64,000 nt of DNA from Candidatus Versatilivoraceae bacterium. Its GTDB lineage: Bacteria > Acidobacteriota > Terriglobia > Versatilivoradales > Versatilivoraceae. Below, in pieces: positions 39,463-48,656 of the stretch (positions are counted from its first letter, which is position 1; each line of letters opens with the position of its first letter). The position numbers and the translations under genes are program-made. The notes beneath the pieces were generated by a model. That model saw only the letters and a list, made by a program, of their open reading frames with translations. It was not told the DNA's origin and ran no database searches. Location: positions 330,318-394,317 of the forward strand of contig OZ240232.1 of NCBI GenBank assembly GCA_965197895.1, given 5' to 3'.

Positions 39463-40104
39463 CCGCACGACTTTTAGTCCGGCCCTGCCGTCCGGTTCGG
39501 GAGTCCAGGGACCATGGCTTTCAGGCAAGGGCCGCCCCCGCCCCCCACGACGGGGCGGATCATTCGAGGGTGAAACATCTGAAAGGTTGAGGCCTGTGAG
39601 AGGTTCCACAAGCAGCCGCGAAGCGGCGGCAGCAAATAGCCGTGGGCGTCAGCCCATGGTTCAGGGTCGCCCCCCGCCCCGAGCCGCGAAGGCGGCGGCA
39701 CTGACCGGCGTCGAAAAAGGCACTCCTCATTGGGCGTGAGAGGTTGGACCCAACCAGACCACTGATCTTGGCGATCCTGTTCATCCATGGGAGAAGATGA
39801 TTCAACATGGATAGACAGGATGGGCAGGATAAGGAGGATTGCAGCCAGGCAAGCGATTGCCAGCCCGGTGTCGGGTTTTGCAGGATTAGGGTGGATCGTG
39901 GGAATCCCCCCACTAGCCACTAGCCACTGCCTTTTTGTTTCAGGCAAGTGGGTTGTCAGCCAAGACAGAGCTCTCAAACCGAATTCAGGCAAACGATTGA
40001 GGCAAGCTCTCCCAACCGACGTGTTGTTTTTCACGTCGATATGGATGCGTTCTTTGTCTCGGTCGAAGAGCTGTTTCGTCCCGATTTTTGTAGGAGAAGT
40101 TGGC

Positions 40105-41562
40105 ATGACGGTTGAATCCCGCTCCCAGCCTTTCAAGAGTTCCGAGTTTTGTGCAACCAGGATTGTGGCCGAGCTGCAGTCTGCAGGGTTTGCTGCCTAC
40201 TTTGTTGGGGGCTGTGTTCGGGATCGTCTGATGGGGATTGTTCCCAAGGATTATGACATTGCGACCAGCGCTCTGCCCCAGGAGGTCGGGCAACTGTTTC
40301 CGCGGACGGTCGCCGTTGGTGCTGCGTTCGGAGTGGTCCAGGTGTTGGAGGAGGGAGGCTCCTACGAGGTAGCCACTTTCCGCTCCGACGGTTCCTATTC
40401 CGATGGCAGACGTCCCGACCAGGTGATTTACTCCACTGATCCGCGCCTGGACGTGCAGCGACGTGACTTCACCATCAATGGACTGCTCTACGATCCTTCG
40501 TCGCAGAAAGTTCTGGACTTTGTGGGGGGCGAGCGGGATATCCGATCCGGCATGATTCGCACCATTGGCCCCCCCGAGCGCCGTTTCCAGGAAGACAAGC
40601 TTCGGCTGATGCGGGCCGTCCGTTTTGCCGCTCGATTTGGATATGAGCTGGAGAAGGAGACGCTTCGCGCTTTGCGGGATGGATCTCACGAGGTGGCTCA
40701 GGTGAGTCCCGAGCGCGTTCGGGATGAGCTAGCCAGGATACTGACCGAAGGCTACGCCGCTTCGGGCATTCTCAAGTTGGAGGAGGTGGGGCTGCTGGCT
40801 CACCTGCTTCCGGAAGTGCGGAGCTTAAAGGGCGTTCCCCAGCCACCGGAGTTTCACCCCGAGGGCGATTGCTGGGTTCACACCCTGCTCATGTTGGATT
40901 TGATGGACCAGACCAAAAGGGGTAGAGGAATCGGCCCCGATGGGGTTGGGCGCTCTGGCCAGGCGCCGGGTCAGCCCGCGCCGGTGTCCGGTTGGGTGTC
41001 CGGAACGGCCGTCGCCTCCTATCCTTCTCTCACTTTGGCCATGGGGGTGCTGCTGCACGACGTTGGCAAACCTTCGACCTTCGAGCGCAAGGATAGAATC
41101 CGCTTTAATAGGCATGCAGAAGTCGGGGCTCGTATAGCCCTCAGGGTCTGCAGTCGGTTCCGTTTCAGCAAGAGACAACAGGAGAGCATCACGGAGCTGG
41201 TCAGGGATCACCTCAAATTCAAAGACCTTCCTCAGATGCGTGCCTCGACCCTCAAGCGGTTTCTGGGTCAAGAGGATTTTGAAGAGCATCTGGAGCTGCA
41301 CCGGCTGGATTGCCTGGGAAGTCACGGCAAACTTGACAACTGGAGGCTGGCCAGGGAAACCCTGGATCGTTTGGAACCTGAAGAGATTCACCCCGACCCG
41401 ATCCTGACCGGTCACGACCTCATTCAAATGGGATATTCTCCCGGACCGGTTTTCCGAAAGATCCTCAGGGGTTTGAGAGATGCTCAACTGGAGAACCGGG
41501 TGCAAACTCACCAGCAGGCCAAAGCCTGGGTTTTAGCTCGATTCGACGTGGATCAATCCTGA
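40105..41562 (+). CDS. cca: CCA tRNA nucleotidyltransferase / poly(A) polymerase family with HD domain
   Basis: AAYFVGGCVRDRLMG..DYDIAT is the PolyA_pol head, followed by an HD domain (LLHDVGKP). Start ATG at 40105 follows an AGGAGA Shine-Dalgarno. Confidence 0.75.
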   Translation: MTVESRSQPFKSSEFCATRIVAELQSAGFAAYFVGGCVRDRLMGIVPKDYDIATSALPQEVGQLFPRTVAVGAAFGVVQVLEEGGSYEVATFRSDGSYSDGRRPDQVIYSTDPRLDVQRRDFTINGLLYDPSSQKVLDFVGGERDIRSGMIRTIGPPERRFQEDKLRLMRAVRFAARFGYELEKETLRALRDGSHEVAQVSPERVRDELARILTEGYAASGILKLEEVGLLAHLLPEVRSLKGVPQPPEFHPEGDCWVHTLLMLDLMDQTKRGRGIGPDGVGRSGQAPGQPAPVSGWVSGTAVASYPSLTLAMGVLLHDVGKPSTFERKDRIRFNRHAEVGARIALRVCSRFRFSKRQQESITELVRDHLKFKDLPQMRASTLKRFLGQEDFEEHLELHRLDCLGSHGKLDNWRLARETLDRLEPEEIHPDPILTGHDLIQMGYSPGPVFRKILRGLRDAQLENRVQTHQQAKAWVLARFDVDQS

Positions 41563-41595
41563 AGACCTCCACTCTCGGTTAACCCTGAGGATCCC

Positions 41596-42477
41596 ATGCC
41601 GGAGTTGCCGGAAGTTGAAACGATCCGTATCGGTCTGGCCGGCACAGTCCTCGGCAAGACCATCTCCAAAGTGAAAATTCGGAATCGGCGGATCGTGGTG
41701 CGTCCCCAACCCGGACGATGGTCTCGAGCACTCACGGCTCAAACGATTCGGCGAATTGCACGCAGGGGCAAGTTCCTGGTATTCACCACCGATCACTACC
41801 AGTTGCTGGTTCATCTGGGAATGACGGGCCAGTTGACCTACTGGGACAAGACCAAATTCGACGACCAGCGCTTCTTTGTTCATCCGCTCACCGGACTTCA
41901 AAAGGCCAGGCAGCATGCGGTCGATAAGCATACCCACCTGAGCCTGTATTTCACGGATGGCAATGCCATGCACTATCGAGATATCCGCCAGTTCGGCAAA
42001 TGGCGCCTCTTTCCACTCGAAGAGTTTAAAGAAGCCAAGGAATACTGGAGCCTGGGCATCGAGCCCCTGACGTCTCAATATACCTGGGCTCGCTTTCTTG
42101 AGGGACTGAAGGGCAGGACGACCAGGATTAAGAGCTTGTTGCTGAACCAGCACTTCCTGGCGGGCCTGGGCAATATCTATGTGGACGAGGCCTTGTTTGA
42201 GGCGGGTCTGCATCCGCTGCGGCGGTGCGACTCCTTGATGGAAGAGGAGAAGAGAAAGCTATTCCGGGCGATTCCAAGGGTTCTCAAACGCGGGCTCAAG
42301 TACGGCGGTACCAGTTTTCGGAACTATCTCAACGCGCGCGGCGAGGCAGGGGCCAATCAGGAGCACCTTAGAGTGTACGGTCGTTCGGGACAGGCATGTC
42401 GAAGATGCCGAAACACCGTGTCCCGAACCGTTGTGTCGCAGCGAAGCAGCCATTTTTGCCCGCAGTGCCAGCATTGA
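41596..42477 (+). CDS. mutM: Formamidopyrimidine-DNA glycosylase
   Basis: N-terminal MPELPEVE and a C-terminal zinc finger (CRRCRNTV....CPQCQ). Confidence 0.85.
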   Translation: MPELPEVETIRIGLAGTVLGKTISKVKIRNRRIVVRPQPGRWSRALTAQTIRRIARRGKFLVFTTDHYQLLVHLGMTGQLTYWDKTKFDDQRFFVHPLTGLQKARQHAVDKHTHLSLYFTDGNAMHYRDIRQFGKWRLFPLEEFKEAKEYWSLGIEPLTSQYTWARFLEGLKGRTTRIKSLLLNQHFLAGLGNIYVDEALFEAGLHPLRRCDSLMEEEKRKLFRAIPRVLKRGLKYGGTSFRNYLNARGEAGANQEHLRVYGRSGQACRRCRNTVSRTVVSQRSSHFCPQCQH

Positions 42478-42518
42478 GGGACTCGGCGGCCCGGGTGCTC
42501 CTAAAGGAGACCGCCGGA

Positions 42519-43409
42519 CTAGCGTCGAGGCGCTTGGTATTGTTTCAAGTGCCTGACCTGAAATTGAGGGATGCTAACCGTAACCCGGATCTTTCTGGAC
42601 TTACCGTCTCTCTTTGGATGGGAAGAACGATACTGGAGCACGAACCGATTCTTGAGTCCGTAAGACAGTAACTCCAGGGGTTTGGCTGCCTCTTCTGCCG
42701 TTTCGACGAACATCGCCAATCCGCCTGATCGATCGGCGTAGACTTTGAGGGCCGATCCCTTGATGTTCAAAACCTTCAGTCTGGTTCTGAAACTTCTGGC
42801 TCCCTTAATTCCTAGTGAAAAGACGGGATAGCGGTGTTGAGCGATATGATCCAGGGTCGCCGGTCCGGCGATGTCCTGGCCTGCCGAAATGAAAAGGATG
42901 GCTCGATTAGGATTGCTGGCTTCCCGCAGTTTGATCAGGGCCAAATCGAGTGCTTGACCCATGTGGGGCCTGCCGCTGGTTCCCAGATTTTCGATCGGAT
43001 CGTCCAGATAGTCTTCCGGGGCCATGAAATCCATAAGCTCCTGGGATTCACTACTAAATGCGTTGATAAACAATTCGTCCGGACTCTCCAGTTTCGTTGC
43101 CAGGGTCTTCAACAGATCTAAGGCCAGCCGGATCCCATCTCCCTGCATGCTCCGGCTCACGTCGATCAGAATGCCTAGCGAGACCGGAAGGTTCCTTTCG
43201 AATCGGACCTGGGTGATCTTTTGGAGCTTCTTCTTCTCGAAAACTTGGAAGTCTGATACTCGGAGGTTCTCGACAGGATTTCCATTCCGGTCGTTCACTG
43301 CAACGTAGAGGGTTACCGGCAAGGGCCGGTCTCCGGGGCGTGCCGGAGTTCTCTCGTTCAAGCCGGTCAAGAGGAGAAAGCTCCACAGGAGAATCCGAAT
43401 TTTCAACAA
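42519..43409 (-). CDS. VWA-domain protein (VWFA-related acidobacterial domain type)
   Basis: Signal peptide; LYVAVNDRNGNPV..DFQVFE; VSLGILIDVSRSM is the MIDAS motif. The architecture matches TIGR03436-like proteins (from memory). Confidence 0.6.
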   Translation of the reverse strand: MLKIRILLWSFLLLTGLNERTPARPGDRPLPVTLYVAVNDRNGNPVENLRVSDFQVFEKKKLQKITQVRFERNLPVSLGILIDVSRSMQGDGIRLALDLLKTLATKLESPDELFINAFSSESQELMDFMAPEDYLDDPIENLGTSGRPHMGQALDLALIKLREASNPNRAILFISAGQDIAGPATLDHIAQHRYPVFSLGIKGARSFRTRLKVLNIKGSALKVYADRSGGLAMFVETAEEAAKPLELLSYGLKNRFVLQYRSSHPKRDGKSRKIRVTVSIPQFQVRHLKQYQAPRR

Positions 43410-43612
43410 AATCTAAACCAACCTCCAATTTCCGGGGAACGACTTTCGGCGGCGACTGGTTTCAAAAGGAGTGATCTCTTGGCTTCTCAACTTGGGTACC
43501 GAGTGTACCCATTGCTCCGGGGGGACAAGGGTTGCGTGCCTTGCAGAGTCGAGAGCCGTCCACAGTGAGGACGAGACATAAAGACGGTCATTCCTGCGCC
43601 CAAACGCTGGTC

Positions 43613-43900
43613 TTAGCGTTTTCTCCTACGGTTGACGGCAGCTTTTAGATTCGCTCCAGGAGAGAACTTGGCGACTTTCTTCCCCGCAATCTTGATGGGT
43701 TGCCCTGTTTGGGGATTGCGACCGGTCCTGGCTTTTCGAGTGCCTACCGAAAAAGTTCCGAAGCCAACCAACGTCACTCGGCCGCCTCTTCTGAGCGCGC
43801 CTTGAATTCCGGCCAAGGTCGAATTGACGGCCGCGTCGGCCTGCGTTTTGTTGATCTTGGCATCCTTCGCAATTTTTTCAATCAGATCTGCTTTGTTCAC
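43613..43900 (-). CDS. hupB: HU-family nucleoid protein
   Basis: Real start is GTG 43900, after a GGAGAGG Shine-Dalgarno. NKADLIEKIAKDA..GFGTFSV..RNPQTG is canonical HU, with a basic tail. Confidence 0.8.
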   Translation of the reverse strand: MNKADLIEKIAKDAKINKTQADAAVNSTLAGIQGALRRGGRVTLVGFGTFSVGTRKARTGRNPQTGQPIKIAGKKVAKFSPGANLKAAVNRRRKR

Positions 43901-43957
43901 GGTGTCCTCTCCTATGACTCTGGAATAGAGCGAAAAACCCACCCAAGGCGCGTGAGT

Positions 43958-43990
43958 TTTATATAATCGGGTAAGATCCCTTGTCAAGGC
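43958..43990 (-). promoter_or_regulatory. Sigma70-like promoter for the HU gene (TTGACA-16/17-TATATA on the minus strand)
   Basis: The reverse complement reads ccTTGACAagggatcttacccgatTATATAaaac. Confidence 0.4.
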
Positions 43991-44700
43991 CTTATTCCAG
44001 ACGACTCCGCGCGAAATCCCTGATCATGCGGGCTTCTTCAGCAAGTCTGCTGGCCGGGAAAGTCCGGAAACAAAGCAACAAAACCGCTGGATTGGAAATT
44101 GCGAAAACCAGTTGCCTCAAGGATCTTCCGGTGCGGAAATTTCCCGTGGGGAAGGATGTCCGTAACGGCGAATTGGCGGATCCGTCGAAGCATTTCGACT
44201 CGATGAAATCGATGGAGCTACGGCGACTCGGTCAGGACTCCATCGACCACGCAATAGCCGCAGGAATGAAAGATATCAGCCGTGCACACCACCTGAACCT
44301 TTTGCGTTTCACCTCGCAAGAATGGCTGATCAGAACCAAACTCAGGATTCCCGGGTTCCACCGGCCAGACAATTCGTCCATTGAAATGGACGACGACCTC
44401 CAACTGCGCTCCACAGGCTTTACAAACGAATGTACCAGGGTATCCTGGCCGTCGGTTTCCCGGGAAGGCACCCAAATCAGACCCGGACATCGTTCAAAGC
44501 TCCAATTAAAACAGATCTGCCGCAAGACCGCGATTCCAGCACTGGCCTCGCTCCAAATGTTCTTATTGTACCAGCTTATCAATTCCATAGGCTCGAAGCT
44601 GCCCCGGCGTTTCAAGAGGTGTCGTTTGTCCCGGTCGATCTTTTGGCAAGTGCCGGCTAAGTCGATTTTGGCTTGACGGCAGGCCGGAATTTGCCTTCCA

Positions 44701-45438
44701 ATGACTCTGATGAAAGTTCGAGTCCTCTTTTTCGCGCGACTGAGGGACCTGCTGGGCAGAGAAAGTGTCGAGCTGGACAACCCGGAGATTCATTCGGCCG
44801 GGGACGCTTATCGGATCCTCAGGATCCGATATCCTCAATTGGAGGCCTTCAGCCGTAGCCTCATGGTGGCTGTGAATCAAGAATTTGCCGACTGGGAGAC
44901 CCCTGTCCGGGAGGGGGATGAATTGGCTTTGTTCCCCCCGGTCAGCGGTGGTCAGCAGCCACCCTCCCCTGCCTATCCCCCCAACGCGCTCGGGGACGTC
45001 TACCGGATTGTCCGCGAACCGATCCAAACCCAGGGACTGGTATCGCAACTCACTCGAAGCGAGGATGGTGCCGCCGTGACCTTTTTCGGCATTGTCCGCA
45101 ACAACACCCGTGGTCGCAAGACGACTCACTTGTACTATGAGGCCTATGAGCCGATGGCCCTTCGCAAGATGTGCGAGATCGGCGAATCCGTCAGGCAACA
45201 CTGGCAGATTGGACAGGTGGGGATTGTCCACAGGTTGGGAAGACTGGAAATAGGAGAGGTGAGTGTGGCCATCGTGATCACCTCTCCCCACCGTGGGATT
45301 GCCTTCGAGTCCTGCCGCTACGCCATCGATACCTTGAAGACAAAGGTCCCCATTTGGAAGAAAGAGTTCTTCGAAGACGGTGAAGTTTGGGTCGAAGGAG
45401 AGTCCCACCAGACGGAGAATGGACCGGTTACGACCTAA
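44701..45438 (+). CDS. moaDE: Molybdopterin synthase MoaD-MoaE fusion
   Basis: The N-terminal ~85 aa is a ThiS/MoaD-like domain ending at the GG motif (PPVSGG). The rest is MoaE-like (TFFGIVRN..YEAYEPMA..). Confidence 0.65.
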   Translation: MTLMKVRVLFFARLRDLLGRESVELDNPEIHSAGDAYRILRIRYPQLEAFSRSLMVAVNQEFADWETPVREGDELALFPPVSGGQQPPSPAYPPNALGDVYRIVREPIQTQGLVSQLTRSEDGAAVTFFGIVRNNTRGRKTTHLYYEAYEPMALRKMCEIGESVRQHWQIGQVGIVHRLGRLEIGEVSVAIVITSPHRGIAFESCRYAIDTLKTKVPIWKKEFFEDGEVWVEGESHQTENGPVTT

Positions 45439-45518
45439 AGGACGAGTGGCAGCCAACGTTGCACCTTCCGGCTCATCTCAATCTCGAGGAAACGCCCTGC
45501 CTTCGACTCATCCATCCC

Positions 45519-46499
45519 ATGTTTACCTTCCTGACCTCAATGCTGTTGCCCTCCCTATCGTTGGGGATGCTCTGCCTCCTGTCCCTTTGTGTTTCGCCAG
45601 GACCCTCCCCGGGCGCGGTAGCGGGAGAGGATTACAAGCTAGTCGTTAAAGTCGACTTGGTCACCGTGCTGGCCACGGTCACGACCCCTGAGGGTGCCTT
45701 GATTACCGGGCTGACCCAGAAAGACTTTCAGCTCTTCGAGGACGGTATCCCACAAGAGGTTGCTATCTTCGGGAGAGAGTCTGATCAACCCTTAAGGCTG
45801 CAGTTGTTGTTTGATAGCTCCCTGAGCGTTACCACTGAGCTGGGGACTCAGCAGGAAGCGGCCATTGACTTCTTGAACCTGGTGGTGAGCCGGAAAGATC
45901 GCGTCTCGATCCTGCAGGTGTCCCAAGATGTGGTCGAACTGGTGCGGGGGAGTTCTCGATTGGAAGCCATGGCCAAGGCGCTCCGCTCCATCCGACCGAG
46001 TGGTGGAACCTCGCTCTATGATGCCATCTATTTGGCGGCGGAGGGATTAGCTTTGTCTCAGGGGCGTAGGGTGATCTTGGTCATCTCCGATGGCACCGAT
46101 ACGACCAGTCTCGTTTCATTGCAAGAGTGTCTCAAGCAGACGCATGCTTCTGAAGCCGTCGTTTACGCCTTGGTCGTGCAACCGATTAAGAGCGAGGCCG
46201 GACGGAACGTGGCCGGTGAGCATAGTATGATTTACCTGACTCGGGAAACCGGAGGAAGGTTCTTCAGGGTCACCTCACAGGAGGTCCTGCGGGAGTCCTT
46301 TGCCCGTATTGGCGATGAGCTGCGGACCCAGTACTTGTTGGGATACTATCCCAAGCAACTGGGAGAGTCCGGGCTATTCCGCCAGATCCGGATTGAGGTG
46401 GACCGACCGCGAGCCGTGGTCAGAGCGCGAAAAGGCTACTACGCAGGAACCACACCGCGCCGACCTTCTGGCCCGGCGATAAGATCGCCAAAGAAATAA
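45519..46499 (+). CDS. VWA-domain protein (VWFA-related acidobacterial domain type)
   Basis: Start at ATG 45519 gives a signal peptide. LVVKVDLVTVLATVT..DFQLFEDG..LQLLFDSSLS is a paralogue of the 42519 gene. Confidence 0.6.
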   Translation: MFTFLTSMLLPSLSLGMLCLLSLCVSPGPSPGAVAGEDYKLVVKVDLVTVLATVTTPEGALITGLTQKDFQLFEDGIPQEVAIFGRESDQPLRLQLLFDSSLSVTTELGTQQEAAIDFLNLVVSRKDRVSILQVSQDVVELVRGSSRLEAMAKALRSIRPSGGTSLYDAIYLAAEGLALSQGRRVILVISDGTDTTSLVSLQECLKQTHASEAVVYALVVQPIKSEAGRNVAGEHSMIYLTRETGGRFFRVTSQEVLRESFARIGDELRTQYLLGYYPKQLGESGLFRQIRIEVDRPRAVVRARKGYYAGTTPRRPSGPAIRSPKK

Positions 46500-46639
46500 C
46501 CTTTTGTCAACGGCCACCAATACGGGTATAGTACTCGGGAAATTCGACAAGAGAACCCTGCAACCAACCCCGATACTGTCGCTGCTAAGCTCATAGGGGG
46601 GATTCCGGGTGCTCCTGCGGACGATTAAAGGACCACACT

Positions 46640-47725
46640 TTGCTAAATCACGTTCAGACGGGCAAGGTTGCCGTAACCCATCCACCCCACAAGGTCAGCC
46701 TGGACGTCAGTCGAGCTTACTTGAGGCAATGGCTCGAGCAGCGAGGGAAAAGTGAGCACCTCATTGCCAAGCTGGAGACCATCCTGGACAGGACCCAGAT
46801 CAACTCACGTTACATCCTGCTTTCTCCTGACGAGGTTCTCCAGACTAGAGACTTTCACACCACCAACTCCCAATACATCAAGGCTTCCATCCAGCTGGGC
46901 ACCCAGGCTGTTCAACACACCTTGGAACTGAACGGTATCCATCCTGCCGACGTGGACATGTTCATCAGCATCTCCTGCACCGGATTCGTGATTCCTGGCG
47001 TCGATGCTCATATCATGAACAAGTTGGGGATCAATGCCTCTCGCATGATTCTTACCGAGCACGGTTGTGCGGGGGGGGCTGTCGGCTTAATGCGAGCTTG
47101 GGAGTACTGTCGCGCCTATCCGGAACGAACCGTCGTCCTGCTGGCCCATGAATTCTGCTCTCAGACGTTTCTGCTGGACGATTTGAGTATGACCAACATC
47201 GTGTGCTCGACACTCTTTGGAGACGGTGTAGCCGCCACGGTCATCTCGGGCAAGCTCAACAGCCCCGAACCTCTCCCGGCTATGCAACGGTGCACCACAA
47301 GATTCTTCCCCGACACCTTGGACTACATGGGCTTTGAGCTTCGCAATGAAGGTTTGCGAATCATTCTGTCCCCCGAAATTCCCTCCTTCATAAAGAATCG
47401 AATCAAACCCACCTTGGAGGATTTCCTGCATGAGTGCCAGCTTACGCCGGAATCTCTCAGCCATTACGTCATGCATCCCGGGAGCGCACGGATCGTAGAG
47501 ATCATCGCCAACCAGTTGGGCCTGAGTCGAGAGGACATCCAGCCCACGCTGCGGGTGCTGTTCAATAAGGGAAATATGAGCAGCGTCACCGTACTGGCCG
47601 TGCTGCAGGAAATACAAAATCGCTCGGCACCTCAAGTGGGCGACCTGGGTCTGATGGTTGCCTTCGGTCCGGGCTTTGTGGCTGAACTGGCCCTCTTTCA
47701 ATGGCTCAACGGCCGTCCTGACTGA
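46640..47725 (+). CDS. Type III polyketide synthase (chalcone/stilbene synthase family)
   Basis: Catalytic Cys in ISISCTGFVIPG, His in HPGSARI and Asn in NKGNMSSVTV. The start is TTG. Confidence 0.8.
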   Translation: MLNHVQTGKVAVTHPPHKVSLDVSRAYLRQWLEQRGKSEHLIAKLETILDRTQINSRYILLSPDEVLQTRDFHTTNSQYIKASIQLGTQAVQHTLELNGIHPADVDMFISISCTGFVIPGVDAHIMNKLGINASRMILTEHGCAGGAVGLMRAWEYCRAYPERTVVLLAHEFCSQTFLLDDLSMTNIVCSTLFGDGVAATVISGKLNSPEPLPAMQRCTTRFFPDTLDYMGFELRNEGLRIILSPEIPSFIKNRIKPTLEDFLHECQLTPESLSHYVMHPGSARIVEIIANQLGLSREDIQPTLRVLFNKGNMSSVTVLAVLQEIQNRSAPQVGDLGLMVAFGPGFVAELALFQWLNGRPD

Positions 47726-47984
47726 ATCCCGCCTGCTTATCCAACCATGGGTCAATCTGACGGGGAAACCGTCGGTGATCCTTGTTCTCGGTTTGTTTGT
47801 CCCACGGCTCCGGGTGAAGCTTCAGCCTGAAATCAGTGGACGAAGGGAGGGTTATCATGAAAAATGGTTGGAGTGAATGGAAGATTGGATTTTGTCACCG
47901 ATGGGTGGCCCGATCGTAGGCGTCGGGGCCTTGGAGGTTCAAAGCCATTCACGAGCATTGGCTGATTCAAAGAGGGCAACTACC

Positions 47985-48461
47985 ATGACAAGTTCGGTCT
48001 TGCGCGACCAGTTAGTCCAACTCTTGGAGGGCGGACAGGCTCACGTTTCCGTCCAGAAGGCGCTCTCAGGTGTCAAGTCCGAGCTCCGAAACGTGCGGCC
48101 TCATCCGAGCTTGCATTCGGTTTGGGAAGAACTGGAGCACATGAGGATCGCCCAGGAGGATATCCTGCGCTACACCCTGGATGATTCATGGGAGTCTCCG
48201 CAGTGGCCCGATGGGTATTGGCCGGACCCTCGGACGGACCCTACCGAAGCAATGTGGTCCCAATCGGTTTCGGCCTTCAATTCGGACTTGAACGAGGTGA
48301 CGGGGCTCCTTGGGGACCCGAGCTTCGACCTGACCGCCAAGATTCCCCACGGCGAAGGACGCACCTACCTGAGGCAGGTCCTGCTGATTGCTGACCATAA
48401 CGCTTATCATCTCGGTCAGATCGTTCAGATCAGAAAATTACTATCCGACTGGCCGGCATAA
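47985..48461 (+). CDS. DinB_2/DinB-YfiT-like metal-dependent protein
   Basis: The C-terminal ADHNAYHLGQIVQIRKLL is typical of the DinB_2 (DUF664) family. Confidence 0.5.
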   Translation: MTSSVLRDQLVQLLEGGQAHVSVQKALSGVKSELRNVRPHPSLHSVWEELEHMRIAQEDILRYTLDDSWESPQWPDGYWPDPRTDPTEAMWSQSVSAFNSDLNEVTGLLGDPSFDLTAKIPHGEGRTYLRQVLLIADHNAYHLGQIVQIRKLLSDWPA

Positions 48462-48656
48462 GGGAAGCTCGTGCCCTTTGCCTGACGGAGTGGCCAAATC
48501 CACTGCCTTCTTGCTGTTGGCGACCCCGATTTTGAATCGAGATCAGGTTCGGCGGAGCGCAAAAGGATGGCCAAAAATAAAAAGGGCTACCCAGCGGATT
48601 CTGCCGCATAATATCTCTATGTGAAGATCTTGAAAGGATGCCCAAGCGAGGCGAGT

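Noticed and set aside
39594-39608. A 10-bp match (GAGGCCTGTG) to the IS terminal inverted repeat, considered as a possible solo-repeat remnant.
   Set aside because: The match does not extend beyond 10 bp in a 60% GC genome and is most likely chance.
39474-40136. A 220-aa minus-strand ORF overlapping the region upstream of cca.
   Set aside because: It has no domain similarity, overlaps the GC-rich hairpin region and the cca 5' end, and is likely spurious.
43981-45456. ORFs 43981..44676 on the plus strand and 44563..45456 on the minus strand.
   Set aside because: They are low-complexity and overlap the hupB promoter or lie antisense to the well-supported moaDE gene. Only the 90-aa CxxC ORF at 44218..44490 was kept as a low-confidence possibility.
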